Source: an uncultured Methanosarcinaceae archaeon
Lineage (GTDB): Archaea; Halobacteriota; Methanosarcinia; Methanosarcinales; Methanosarcinaceae
DNA length: 22,059 nucleotides
Direction of reading: 5' to 3'
Assembly: GCA_963727895.1 (NCBI GenBank)
Contig: CAVSHT010000019.1
Span: forward strand, 1-22,059
The notes beneath the pieces were generated by a model, which saw only the letters and a program-made list of their open reading frames with translations, had not been told where the DNA came from and did not search any database. The translations under genes were made by a program, and so were the position numbers. Below are positions 1-8,320 of this stretch, piece by piece; position 1 is the first letter of the stretch; each line of letters begins with the position of its first letter.

Positions 1-229
1 ATTAGCATTCATACTTATTAATATTTTTGCTAGAAGTGACTGCAAAAAAAGATCCTATAATAAAAAGAATCTCAAAAAATTGAAATAAAAACAACATCAA
101 AAGATTGTATTAAAAATATACAAAAAGAACTAAAAACATCAAACATGGAAATAATTTACAAAAAATATATAGAGTGTTATATATTTAGAATAAAAGTTCA
201 AGAGAACTTTTGGGTTATCTAAACGCTTA

Positions 230-1282
230 TTAACATGCCTCTGTAAACTCAAAGATAATAAGATTTGAGATATTTCTAACTTCAAACATTTTACCTGCTG
301 CTCGTAATACCTTTGAGAAAAGTTCAACTAATTTAAAAACTGCTTTTTCATCGGAAAATTGGTGTCTCATTTTCACATATATTTTTCCACCCTCACTGGT
401 CATTTCAATATCATTCACTAGCTGGGTAACTAAAATAATTTTTTTACAGACAATAAATAGTTCAGAGAGAGAAATCTCCTTGATAGGTTTACCTAGAGAG
501 GCTTCAAAAAATCCTGTTATATCCGGCACTTCACCTGAGAGAAACACTTCAAATACGCTTCTATTAAGGTTTATTATCTCATATCTATGCGCGATGTATT
601 TTTCCACAAGAGTAGTCCAGAAATCGGGTTTACTTTTGATTTCTTTAAATGTATAATCTAAGATCCCAAAGTTTTTCCGAACTCCGGGAGGTATTTCAGT
701 ATCAGAGTTGTACTCTTTAAGAAAGATTAGGATAGAGTTGGACTTGCGATGGACAAAAGAGACATCAAAATTCAGGTAGCGACCAAGAAAAATTGAGAGT
801 TCTTCAGCAAGAAACGCTCTTAAACTGGGATCTCCATGTTCAAGCACTATTACCTCAGTCTTGTCTTCTCCCCAACTGGTGATAGAAGCTTTAATTTCCC
901 ACCCCTGGTTTCTGCTGCGCTTATTCAGGTATTCCAAAAGGTCAGAAATGTTTTTTATTTGATAAGGATTAAAAAGTTCACTTACAAGTTCATCAGTAAC
1001 AAGAATGCCATCCGTATTTTCGACAAACCATCTGAAGGAAAGCTGACTTATCAGTATACATTCTCCACTTTCAATCAGATTGTTTCGTACTTCTGGATAC
1101 TTTGAAGAACCTTCTGTGAGATATTCTAGTGCCTCCTCTACAGACTCATGTCCTTCAAGAGCTGCATTTGCAAGTTCTATCGCATCTCTGATTGCAGCAC
1201 TTAAATTGCCATTGTTTTTGTCCAAGAAGGGTTGAAGTTTTTCAAGGTGCGTATCTTCCATAGAAACATTTTTACGAACCAA
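230..1282 (-). CDS. Uncharacterised protein, paralog A: N-terminal RHH-like DNA-binding module plus two alpha/beta (possibly V4R-like) domains
   Basis: Long ORF (track start 1330). Preferred start is TTG at 1282, preceded by SD-like AGGTGG. The N-terminus RKNVS..HLEKL..NGNLSAAIRDAI fits the RHH strand-helix-helix pattern. Colinear with the 1410-2519 protein over its whole length. Coding status is confident; the domain call is inference. Confidence 0.8.
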   Translation of the reverse strand: MVRKNVSMEDTHLEKLQPFLDKNNGNLSAAIRDAIELANAALEGHESVEEALEYLTEGSSKYPEVRNNLIESGECILISQLSFRWFVENTDGILVTDELVSELFNPYQIKNISDLLEYLNKRSRNQGWEIKASITSWGEDKTEVIVLEHGDPSLRAFLAEELSIFLGRYLNFDVSFVHRKSNSILIFLKEYNSDTEIPPGVRKNFGILDYTFKEIKSKPDFWTTLVEKYIAHRYEIINLNRSVFEVFLSGEVPDITGFFEASLGKPIKEISLSELFIVCKKIILVTQLVNDIEMTSEGGKIYVKMRHQFSDEKAVFKLVELFSKVLRAAGKMFEVRNISNLIIFEFTEAC

Positions 1283-1377
1283 AAATCGTCCCCACCTTTC
1301 AATAGATTTTATTTTTGAAAACAACCTCAAAATAAAAAATGTGCGGTCGAGCTTAAAGAGTATGTAGATATTTAGTA

Positions 1378-1397
1378 GATGAACAGTTATATATAAA
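1378..1397 (-). promoter_or_regulatory. TATA box plus conserved downstream motif for paralog A
   Basis: Minus strand TTTATATATAACTGTTCATC: canonical archaeal TTTATATA box with an A-rich BRE-like upstream flank. 17/20 identical to 2634-2653. Confidence 0.65.
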
Positions 1398-1409
1398 TTA
1401 TTATTTTAA

Positions 1410-2519
1410 TCAAAAGCTCTTTTCAGAATAAATTTTGTTGGATATTCCATTTGGGACACCAGTAGAAAAATCAAAAATTAAAAGTTCCGATACCACACTC
1501 AACGTGAAATTATGCCAACCAGCTTCAAATACACTGGAGAAAAGCTGTATCATTTTTGCAATCAGTTTTTCATCAGAATAATCATGCCTGATTTTCATTT
1601 TTTCTTTTCCCCTTTCAGTACAGATTTCCACGTCATTAACGAGTTGAGATGTCATTAGAAAACGCTTAAAAAGTCGAAGTAATTCACAAAGTGGAATTTC
1701 ACGTAAAGACCGGCCAGCTTTAAGTTCAAAATATTTTTTGACATCTGGAAACTCACCTGCAACCAGAGCTTTAAAAAGATCCTTATCCAGATTAACTCTC
1801 CTGTAATTGAATCTTTGATAAAGTTCAATGAGTTCAACCCAGAATTCAGGTTTTTTCTCAATTTCTCTGTAAAGAAAATCTCTTGAGCCAAAATATTTCC
1901 TGATTCCAGGAGCTACTTCCTCTGGATCAATCCTGAAAAAATCTATCAGGTAGATAGTAATTGAATTGTACTTCCTATGCAATGCTACTACATCCAAGCT
2001 CATCCAGCGTGAAAGAAAAATACAGACTACCTTTGCAAGAAACTCACGAAAATCTCGGTATCCGCCAGTAAACTCCATGATAGTGAAGTCGTTTTCCTGC
2101 CCTTCTTTTCGTGGGCCAGAAACCATAATTTTCCAGCCCATTTTCTTACTGCTGGAATTAAGGTGCTCTTCCAATTCAGAAAATGTGGTAATAATGTAAG
2201 GATTAATCATTCCATGAACAATATCTTCGTCAATAAGTCTGCCAGCACAACTTTTTAAAAGCCATTTCATCACTTGCGGGTTCATTTTAACGGATTCTTC
2301 GCTCATAAAAAGCTCTTTTGTCTCTGAAAAATTTTTCTCATATTGTAGTTTCTTCGTAATTTCTTCAGGACTTCCACGATTTTCAAATTCAGAGCTAGCA
2401 AAATCAATAATTTCCCTTATTGCTGCACTTAAATTTCCGTTATGCTTTATCAGAAAAGGCTGAAGTTTCTGAAGGTGAGTCTCATCAAGAGATACGTTTT
2501 TTCGAATCAACACGATCAT
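1410..2519 (-). CDS. Uncharacterised protein, paralog B: N-terminal RHH-like module plus two alpha/beta domains
   Basis: 370-codon ORF; start is ATG 2519 or TTG 2510 (the latter is equivalent to the paralog A start). Shares RKNVS, KLQPFL, NGNLSAAIR, NPY, GW, HRK.NSI, PG.RK.FG, KP.FW, QLVND.E and RH..SDEK with paralog A. Confidence 0.8.
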   Translation of the reverse strand: MIVLIRKNVSLDETHLQKLQPFLIKHNGNLSAAIREIIDFASSEFENRGSPEEITKKLQYEKNFSETKELFMSEESVKMNPQVMKWLLKSCAGRLIDEDIVHGMINPYIITTFSELEEHLNSSSKKMGWKIMVSGPRKEGQENDFTIMEFTGGYRDFREFLAKVVCIFLSRWMSLDVVALHRKYNSITIYLIDFFRIDPEEVAPGIRKYFGSRDFLYREIEKKPEFWVELIELYQRFNYRRVNLDKDLFKALVAGEFPDVKKYFELKAGRSLREIPLCELLRLFKRFLMTSQLVNDVEICTERGKEKMKIRHDYSDEKLIAKMIQLFSSVFEAGWHNFTLSVVSELLIFDFSTGVPNGISNKIYSEKSF

Positions 2520-2633
2520 CAATCATTTTTTTTAAGTTTAATTCGCTAAAGTAAGAGATTTCAAACCTGTCACATTTAAACACAAAAATCTCTCTGGGAA
2601 TTAACACACACTAAATAGATTAAATATATTCTC

Positions 2634-2653
2634 GATTTACAGTTATGTATAAA
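2634..2653 (-). promoter_or_regulatory. TATA-like box plus conserved downstream motif for paralog B
   Basis: Minus strand TTTATACATAACTGTAAATC, 17/20 identical to 1378-1397 and about 120 bp upstream of the start codon. Confidence 0.55.
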
Positions 2654-2871
2654 CACAGATTCAATGCTTAATCCTTTTATTATATATTTTATAGATTAAA
2701 ACTGAAAATCGTACATATGGCAGAACAGATAGTGCTTAAAAGTTATCAAATATAAATATGTTATTATTTTTTTTTGAAAAAATATAAATCTGTATAAGTA
2801 TTCCTCAATGTGATTCCAAAAAATTAGGATAACCGGAACGGCTTTAAGGTCTGCATATATTACCTACTCTC

Positions 2872-3354
2872 ATGAATTGTGACACCGAAAGACTTGCCAG
2901 GGTCCGTATGATCGCGGATTACCAGTTTGGAAAAGGAATAGGAAAAGAACTTTTTCCTGACGGCTCAACTTTTCAGTTATCTAGGACAAAAAGGGTAAGG
3001 CAAATTCTCCACTCAGGAAAACGTATAGCTACAGCGAGAGCAAAGGATGGTTTTTTTACCCTCAGTATTGAGGGAGCTTCTGTAGTCCATAACCTATTAC
3101 CGGAAAAAAAACTCAGAGTTGTTGTATCAGATGAAGCTGCTCCTTTCGTGGAAAAAGGTAAAACCGCTTTTATAAAACATGTAGTTGAAATTGATCCTGA
3201 ACTGAGAGCTGGAGAGGAAGTGCTCATAACGGACAAAGCTGACAGACTGCTTGCAACTGGGCAATTGCTTCTGTCTCCTGTAGAGATCCTTGCCTTTGAC
3301 AGTGGCGCAGCTGTGGATGTAAGAGTAGGAATTGCCTCGAAAAAAGAAAAATAA
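2872..3354 (+). CDS. PUA-domain protein, likely the stand-alone C-terminal (C2+PUA) subunit of split archaeosine tRNA-guanine transglycosylase
   Basis: IADYQFG.G..LF and R..DG.FTLSIEGA resemble the ArcTGT C2 domain. APFV.KGK..F.KHV...DP.LRAGEEVL..D..D.LLATG...L is a PUA domain. TTTAAG at 2843-2848 with no SD suggests a leaderless mRNA. Confidence 0.8.
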   Translation: MNCDTERLARVRMIADYQFGKGIGKELFPDGSTFQLSRTKRVRQILHSGKRIATARAKDGFFTLSIEGASVVHNLLPEKKLRVVVSDEAAPFVEKGKTAFIKHVVEIDPELRAGEEVLITDKADRLLATGQLLLSPVEILAFDSGAAVDVRVGIASKKEK

Positions 3355-3652
3355 ATTCAAAACCCAGAAAACCCTATGCAAACAAAAAAGATAGAGAAAA
3401 AACAGGCGTTAAATTTTATTCTGAACATTATAGCTTTTTAAGTTAAAGAATTAAATGCTAAATGCCATATAAAAAGTTATTTTTATTACTCAACTATTCT
3501 TATAATGAACAATAAAATGAATAAGAATATATTATAGGTAGTAATTTTTGAATAAATATTACTTAGAAAAAACGGCTGTTTAAAAAGTAGTTCAAACCCT
3601 GAAATCAATATAAATGAAAAAATAGTTTCAAAAAATAACAGTTTCCCGGAGA

Positions 3653-4774
3653 GTGAACATTATTTCAGAGCCAGAACAGATCTTAAAAAACTTCCTGGTT
3701 CCAGATAACACCAGAATAGAAGCAAAGAGAATTACAGTTGAGGGAGACGTTATTGTCGGCGATCACTCTAATATTGAATACAGTATATTCGGCGATACTA
3801 TTATTATGGGAGAAGGGGTAACTGTCACTGGAGATATCAAGACAAGTTCTGATATCAGAGTAGACATGTGGTCAAAACTGGGGAGCCAGGTAACTGTCGG
3901 TAGAAATGCTTACCTGGGAGAGTTTGTAACCATTGATGGAAAACTGTTCGTAGAAGGAGACCTGGACGTAGGAAAAGAAGTTAAAATTCAAGGAGGATTT
4001 GAAGCTAAGGGATGGATAGTGGTAAGGAATCCGGTCCCTGTAATTATATTTTTGTATCTCTACATAAGAGAAATGATGCGTCTAGGTAAAGGCGAAGAAA
4101 TTGAAAAAGCTGTAGAAGAACTATTCGACGATTCTGATGATATCCCTGGCTTTGAAGAAAAAGAATCTGTTGAAAATATATTAATTATACCTGCAGGTAC
4201 AAAAATATCCCCTGAAGCTATTGAAATCCCGGGAGAATCATTTATTGGGAACGGTTGCCTCTTGATAGGAAACCTTCGGGCACAAAGTGTCGAGACAGGA
4301 AAAAAACTGACACTCAAGGGAAGCATTTACTCAGAGAGTAAAATAGATATTGGAGAAAATTGCACTGTCTACGGCAATCTATATTCAAAGGGACCAGTAA
4401 AGATTGGAAATAACAGCCAGGTTTTTGGGGGAATAAAAGCCGCTTCAGTCTTACTGCACGAAAACGCAAGAGTAGAAGGTACGATAAAAGCACCTTCGGG
4501 AGTATCTTTCTTACGAGATGCTGCAGAAAAACCTGTTTTTGCAGAAGTCAACGCATTAGGGAAAGCAATAATTAAAGAAACTAAAAAGTTGCCCGAAAAT
4601 GTAATTCAGAGTGAATCCATAAAAACCCTGAATATTGTGGAAGTAAATTCACAAATCAAGCCGAATGCGAAAACCAAGAATATTTTTGTGCCTGGTAGAA
4701 AAAGAAAAACTGCCAGAACCCGGGCCCTGGAAAGAACTAGACGCTTTACAGGAACCAGGACTTACAGGAAGTAA
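3653..4774 (+). CDS. COG4801-like double beta-helix protein (polymer-forming cytoskeletal/bactofilin-like)
   Basis: Two runs of ~17-residue repeats (I.V.GDV.VG....I...I) are separated by a hydrophobic helix (PVPVIIFLYLYI) and an acidic linker, followed by an Arg/Lys-rich tail. The GTG start is uncertain. Confidence 0.7.
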   Translation: MNIISEPEQILKNFLVPDNTRIEAKRITVEGDVIVGDHSNIEYSIFGDTIIMGEGVTVTGDIKTSSDIRVDMWSKLGSQVTVGRNAYLGEFVTIDGKLFVEGDLDVGKEVKIQGGFEAKGWIVVRNPVPVIIFLYLYIREMMRLGKGEEIEKAVEELFDDSDDIPGFEEKESVENILIIPAGTKISPEAIEIPGESFIGNGCLLIGNLRAQSVETGKKLTLKGSIYSESKIDIGENCTVYGNLYSKGPVKIGNNSQVFGGIKAASVLLHENARVEGTIKAPSGVSFLRDAAEKPVFAEVNALGKAIIKETKKLPENVIQSESIKTLNIVEVNSQIKPNAKTKNIFVPGRKRKTARTRALERTRRFTGTRTYRK

Positions 4775-4947
4775 CACAAGACTGAAAAATAATCCAGAAT
4801 CATTTTTCGATCAATAGATTATGCCCCTGACATTATGAAAGTTCAGAATTTTCCTTTTAGAACCTTCTTTGGAATTTTTCATAAAGACAATGCTATCTGT
4901 ATGAAGTATAGCTAATCCTGCAGAGAAAGATTTGCAGAAAAATTTAT

Positions 4948-5688
4948 GGCATTGGTACACAAAAATAGATACATATGCTTATAACATATATTTCTTCATT
5001 AACTGCCCCAGATGCAATAGTTCCAGTCACAAAAAGAACGGTATAGTTGGCGGGCGTCAACGGTACAAATGCTCTGATTGTGGCTATAACTATACAGTAG
5101 AGCTAAAATCAACTGCTTTTTCCGCTTCTGTAAAAAGACAGGCTTTACAACTCTATCTTGAAGGATTGGGCTTTCGCTCAATAGGAAGAGTTTTAGGGGT
5201 AAGTCATGTTTCTGTCCAAAAATGGATACAGAAATTTGGTCAGGAGTTATAGGACCTAAAAAGTGAAAATGAGATATCTATTGTTGAAATGGATGAGATG
5301 CACACGTACATCGGTAACAAAAAAAATATTGCTGGATCTGGATTGCTGTTGATAGAGTTGGGAAAAAGTTTATCAACTGCTCTTTTGGCATCAGAGGAAC
5401 GGAAACTGGAAAACTACTCTGGGAAAAATTGAAGAAAAAAAGAGATTGGAGAAGTGATGACAGATCACTGGAGAGCATATGCAGAGTTTTTTCCAGAAAA
5501 GATCCATACTCAATCAAAAGCAAAAACGTATACTGTTGAAGGATATAACAGCATATTGAGGCATTTCCTGGCAAGATTGAGAAGAAAGACAAAGTGTTAT
5601 ACGAAGAGTCTTGAAATGCTAAAGTACTCGGTTATTCTATTGATGAAATACAGAAATAAAGAGTTAACTATGTTTAGTTAACCACACC
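4948..5688 (+). mobile_element. IS1-family insertion sequence, copy 1 (741 bp)
   Basis: 8-bp target duplication AAATTTAT at 4940-4947 and 5689-5696. Imperfect terminal IRs GGCATTGGTACACAAAAATAG / GGTGTGGTTAACTAAACATAG (13/21). Contains an InsA/InsB-type transposase. Confidence 0.92.
4998..5681 (+). pseudogene. IS1-family transposase with A8 frameshift site, in-frame TAG and ATT in place of ATG
   Basis: Zn ribbon CPRC..KNG...GRQRYKC..CG and HTH EGLGFRSIGRVLGVSHVSV. TAG at 5250-5252, then EMDEMH. A8 run at 5319-5326, after which the -1 frame reads YCWIWIAVDR...MTDHW...TVEGYNS.LRHFLARL.RKTKCY (DDE core) to TAA at 5679-5681. Confidence 0.85.
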
Positions 5689-5983
5689 AAATTTATTATT
5701 TTGAGAAGGAGCAGTAACATTCATAGGGGATCAGAGAATTATCTGGGTTTCGAGAAGACAAAAAATTCAACATTGAAATTCAAATATGAACTCTTTAAAT
5801 ATCAAAAATTTGTGATATTCAACTATATAATATCTAAATCTAAATTTAGTGATATTCAAATGGTTAAACGGTACATTTGTCTAGAACCGTCAGTTCCCCA
5901 TATATAAAAATTAAGTTATAATCAGACTTTATTCATAAACTTTCCAATCAGGTCAAAGGAACAAATTTCAGGAAGGAACCCAA

Positions 5984-7195
5984 TTGACAGAAAATATTAC
6001 AGAGCCTGAGAACCTACAGGTTACAGAGCCTGAGAATCTACAGGCAAAATACGACTCAATTATAGAAAAAGATTCAAAATATGTAATGCAGACATATGGA
6101 CGTCAGCCCCTTGTACTCACAGAAGGAAAGGGTGCAGTTGTCAGGGATATTTATGGGAAAGAGTATATTGACTGCGTTGCAGGAATTGCAGTAAACAATG
6201 TTGGACACTGTCATCCAGCTGTTGTCAGGGCAATCCAGACCCAGGCTGAAAAGCTGATACACGTTTCCAACCTTTATTACACCGAAATTCAAGCTGAACT
6301 TGCAGAAGCCCTTATCTCTGTTACGGGCATGGAACGCGCTTTCTTCTGTAACTCTGGAGCTGAATCTGTGGAAGCTGCAATGAAGCTGGCCCGCGTAGCT
6401 TCTGGAAAAAGTGCTTTTGTAGCTGCTGAACACTCCTTTCACGGAAGGACAATAGGGTCACTCAGTGTAACCCACAAGAATATTTACAGGGACCCTTTCA
6501 TGCCTCCTGTGAGTTCAGAGACTACTTTTGTCCCGTACTCAAATGCTGATTTTATCAGGCAGGCAATTTCGAAAAACACGGCAGCTGTGATTCTTGAGCC
6601 CATTCAAGGAGAAGGCGGAGTAAATATTCCCGATCCCGAATACCTCAAAGAGGTAAGGGAGATCTGTGATGAGACTGGAACTTTCCTTATCTTTGACGAA
6701 GTACAGACAGGTTTTGGAAGGACAGGCACGTGGTTCTGTAAAGACCAGTTTGGCGTAGAACCCGATATAATGAGCATGGCAAAAGCAATCGGGGGAGGCA
6801 TTCCAATGGGAGCTATTGCAGCCAGGGATGAACTAAGCTTTGGACGAGGACAACATGCTTCTACTTTCGGAGGCGGGCCTATTGCCTGTGCAGCAGCACT
6901 TGCTTCGATTGAGGCAATCCGGGAAGAGGGGCTCCTTAAGCGTTCAAAAGATAACGGAGCTTATTTCATGGGAAAGCTCAGGAATATGGCAAGGGAAGAT
7001 GTTGTAGAAGTCCGTGGAAAAGGGCTCATGATAGGAGTTGAGATAAAACATCCTTGCAGCAAATTTGTAAACTTTGCAAGGGAATATGGAGTGCTCGTAA
7101 ACTGCACATCAGAATCGGTACTCCGCCTTGTTCCTCCACTTGTGATTACAAAAGAACAGATTGATACGGTAGTTGATGTTCTTGAGCAGGCCTGA
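5984..7195 (+). CDS. argD: Acetylornithine aminotransferase (class III PLP-dependent)
   Basis: [62 protein letters not shown] lysine in [20 protein letters not shown] start after GGAAGGA. Confidence 0.93.
   Translation: MTENITEPENLQVTEPENLQAKYDSIIEKDSKYVMQTYGRQPLVLTEGKGAVVRDIYGKEYIDCVAGIAVNNVGHCHPAVVRAIQTQAEKLIHVSNLYYTEIQAELAEALISVTGMERAFFCNSGAESVEAAMKLARVASGKSAFVAAEHSFHGRTIGSLSVTHKNIYRDPFMPPVSSETTFVPYSNADFIRQAISKNTAAVILEPIQGEGGVNIPDPEYLKEVREICDETGTFLIFDEVQTGFGRTGTWFCKDQFGVEPDIMSMAKAIGGGIPMGAIAARDELSFGRGQHASTFGGGPIACAAALASIEAIREEGLLKRSKDNGAYFMGKLRNMAREDVVEVRGKGLMIGVEIKHPCSKFVNFAREYGVLVNCTSESVLRLVPPLVITKEQIDTVVDVLEQA
5997..6044 (+). repeat. 24-bp tandem duplication in the argD 5' end
   Basis: TTACAGAGCCTGAGAACCTACAGG / TTACAGAGCCTGAGAATCTACAGG, 23/24 identical; encodes TEPENLQ twice. 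Confidence 0.95.
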
Positions 7196-8276
7196 ACTGA
7201 TAAAAAAAGAAATCTTTGATATTGCAGAGTACGTTCCAGGAAAATCCATTGAAGAAATCTCTTTTGCCTACGAGATTGACCCGGCTTCAATCATTAAACT
7301 GGGCTCAAACGAAAACCCGCTTGGGCCTTCTTCAAAAGCTGTCCAAGCCCTGGTGGACACTGCCTCAGGAGCGAATATTTATCCCTCAGCAGATGCTATA
7401 GAGCTTAGGGAAGCTCTCTCAAAATATACAGGCTTTCCTGTTTCAAATCTTGTAGCCTCAGGACCAGGAATGGACGGGCTTCTTGATGGACTTTGCAGGC
7501 TGATCATTGAAAAAGGAGACGAGTTTATAGTTCCCACTCCTACATTCTCCTATTACGAACTTCCGGCAAGGGTATGCGGAGGAAATCCAGTTTTTATCAG
7601 GAGAAACCAGGACTTCTCAGTCGATCCTGATAAAATTCAGAAAGCCCAATCCGAAAAGACAAAAATAATTTTCCTCTGTTCTCCCAATAACCCATCAGGA
7701 AATCTTCTTCCAGAAAAAGACCTGAGAAAAATCCTTGAAAATACCAGAGCTCTTGTGTTCGTTGACGAGGCATACGTTGAGTTTGCGGATAAGAACTTTG
7801 CAGGGCTTGTAAGAGAATACGATAGCCTTGTTGTGGGAAGGACCTTCTCCAAAGTATTTGGACTTGCAGGCCTGCGCCTGGGCTATGGGATTATGCCTGA
7901 ATGGCTGGCAAAAGAGTATATAAGAGCAGCAACTCCGTTTTCAGTAAGTCTTCCGGCATTAAAAGCAGGAATAGCTGCCCTTTCAGATACCGAACACCGC
8001 AGAAAGAGTATAGAACTTGCAAGAGAAGGCAGAAAATATCTGATAGAAAAAATTCCTTTTAAAGTATATCCTTCTCAGGCAAACTTTGTTCTTGTAGATG
8101 TTGCTCCTTTAAAAGGAAAAGCTGTTACACAAAGTCTCATGAAAAAGGGAATCATTGTACGTTCCTGTGATTCCTTTAGAGACGCGGGAAACTCCCTTAT
8201 AAGAGTTACAGTCGGGACTTCAGAACAAAATGAGAAAGTTATCAAGGCTTTTGAGACTGCAAAGAATGAGGCTTAA
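7176..8276 (+). CDS. hisC: Histidinol-phosphate aminotransferase
   Basis: [53 protein letters not shown]. Start is ATG 7176 or TTG 7182 and overlaps the argD 3' end. Confidence 0.92.
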   Translation: MFLSRPELIKKEIFDIAEYVPGKSIEEISFAYEIDPASIIKLGSNENPLGPSSKAVQALVDTASGANIYPSADAIELREALSKYTGFPVSNLVASGPGMDGLLDGLCRLIIEKGDEFIVPTPTFSYYELPARVCGGNPVFIRRNQDFSVDPDKIQKAQSEKTKIIFLCSPNNPSGNLLPEKDLRKILENTRALVFVDEAYVEFADKNFAGLVREYDSLVVGRTFSKVFGLAGLRLGYGIMPEWLAKEYIRAATPFSVSLPALKAGIAALSDTEHRRKSIELAREGRKYLIEKIPFKVYPSQANFVLVDVAPLKGKAVTQSLMKKGIIVRSCDSFRDAGNSLIRVTVGTSEQNEKVIKAFETAKNEA

Positions 8277-8320
8277 AAGCCTCTATTTCTTTAAGTCTAT
8301 TTATTTAAGCCTCTATTTCT
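8268..8320. terminator. Candidate bidirectional terminator between convergent hisC and mptD
   Basis: Inverted repeat GAGGCT-TAAA-AGCCTC (8268-8283) followed by a T-rich run. 14-bp direct repeat AAGCCTCTATTTCT at 8277-8290 and 8307-8320. Confidence 0.4.

Noticed and set aside
1..229. Short plus-strand reading frame (IEIKTTSKDC...FWVI) at the window start
   Set aside because: Under 55 codons, extremely A-rich, with no clear start or motif; cannot be supported.
4932..5252. 106-aa ORF starting at TTG 4932 as a stand-alone gene
   Set aside because: The start lies outside the IS boundary (4948). It is the InsA-like part of the transposase, cut at the amber codon.
5701..5907. 68-aa ORF upstream of argD
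   Set aside because: TTG start without an SD, AT-rich promoter-like sequence and no motif; most likely spurious.
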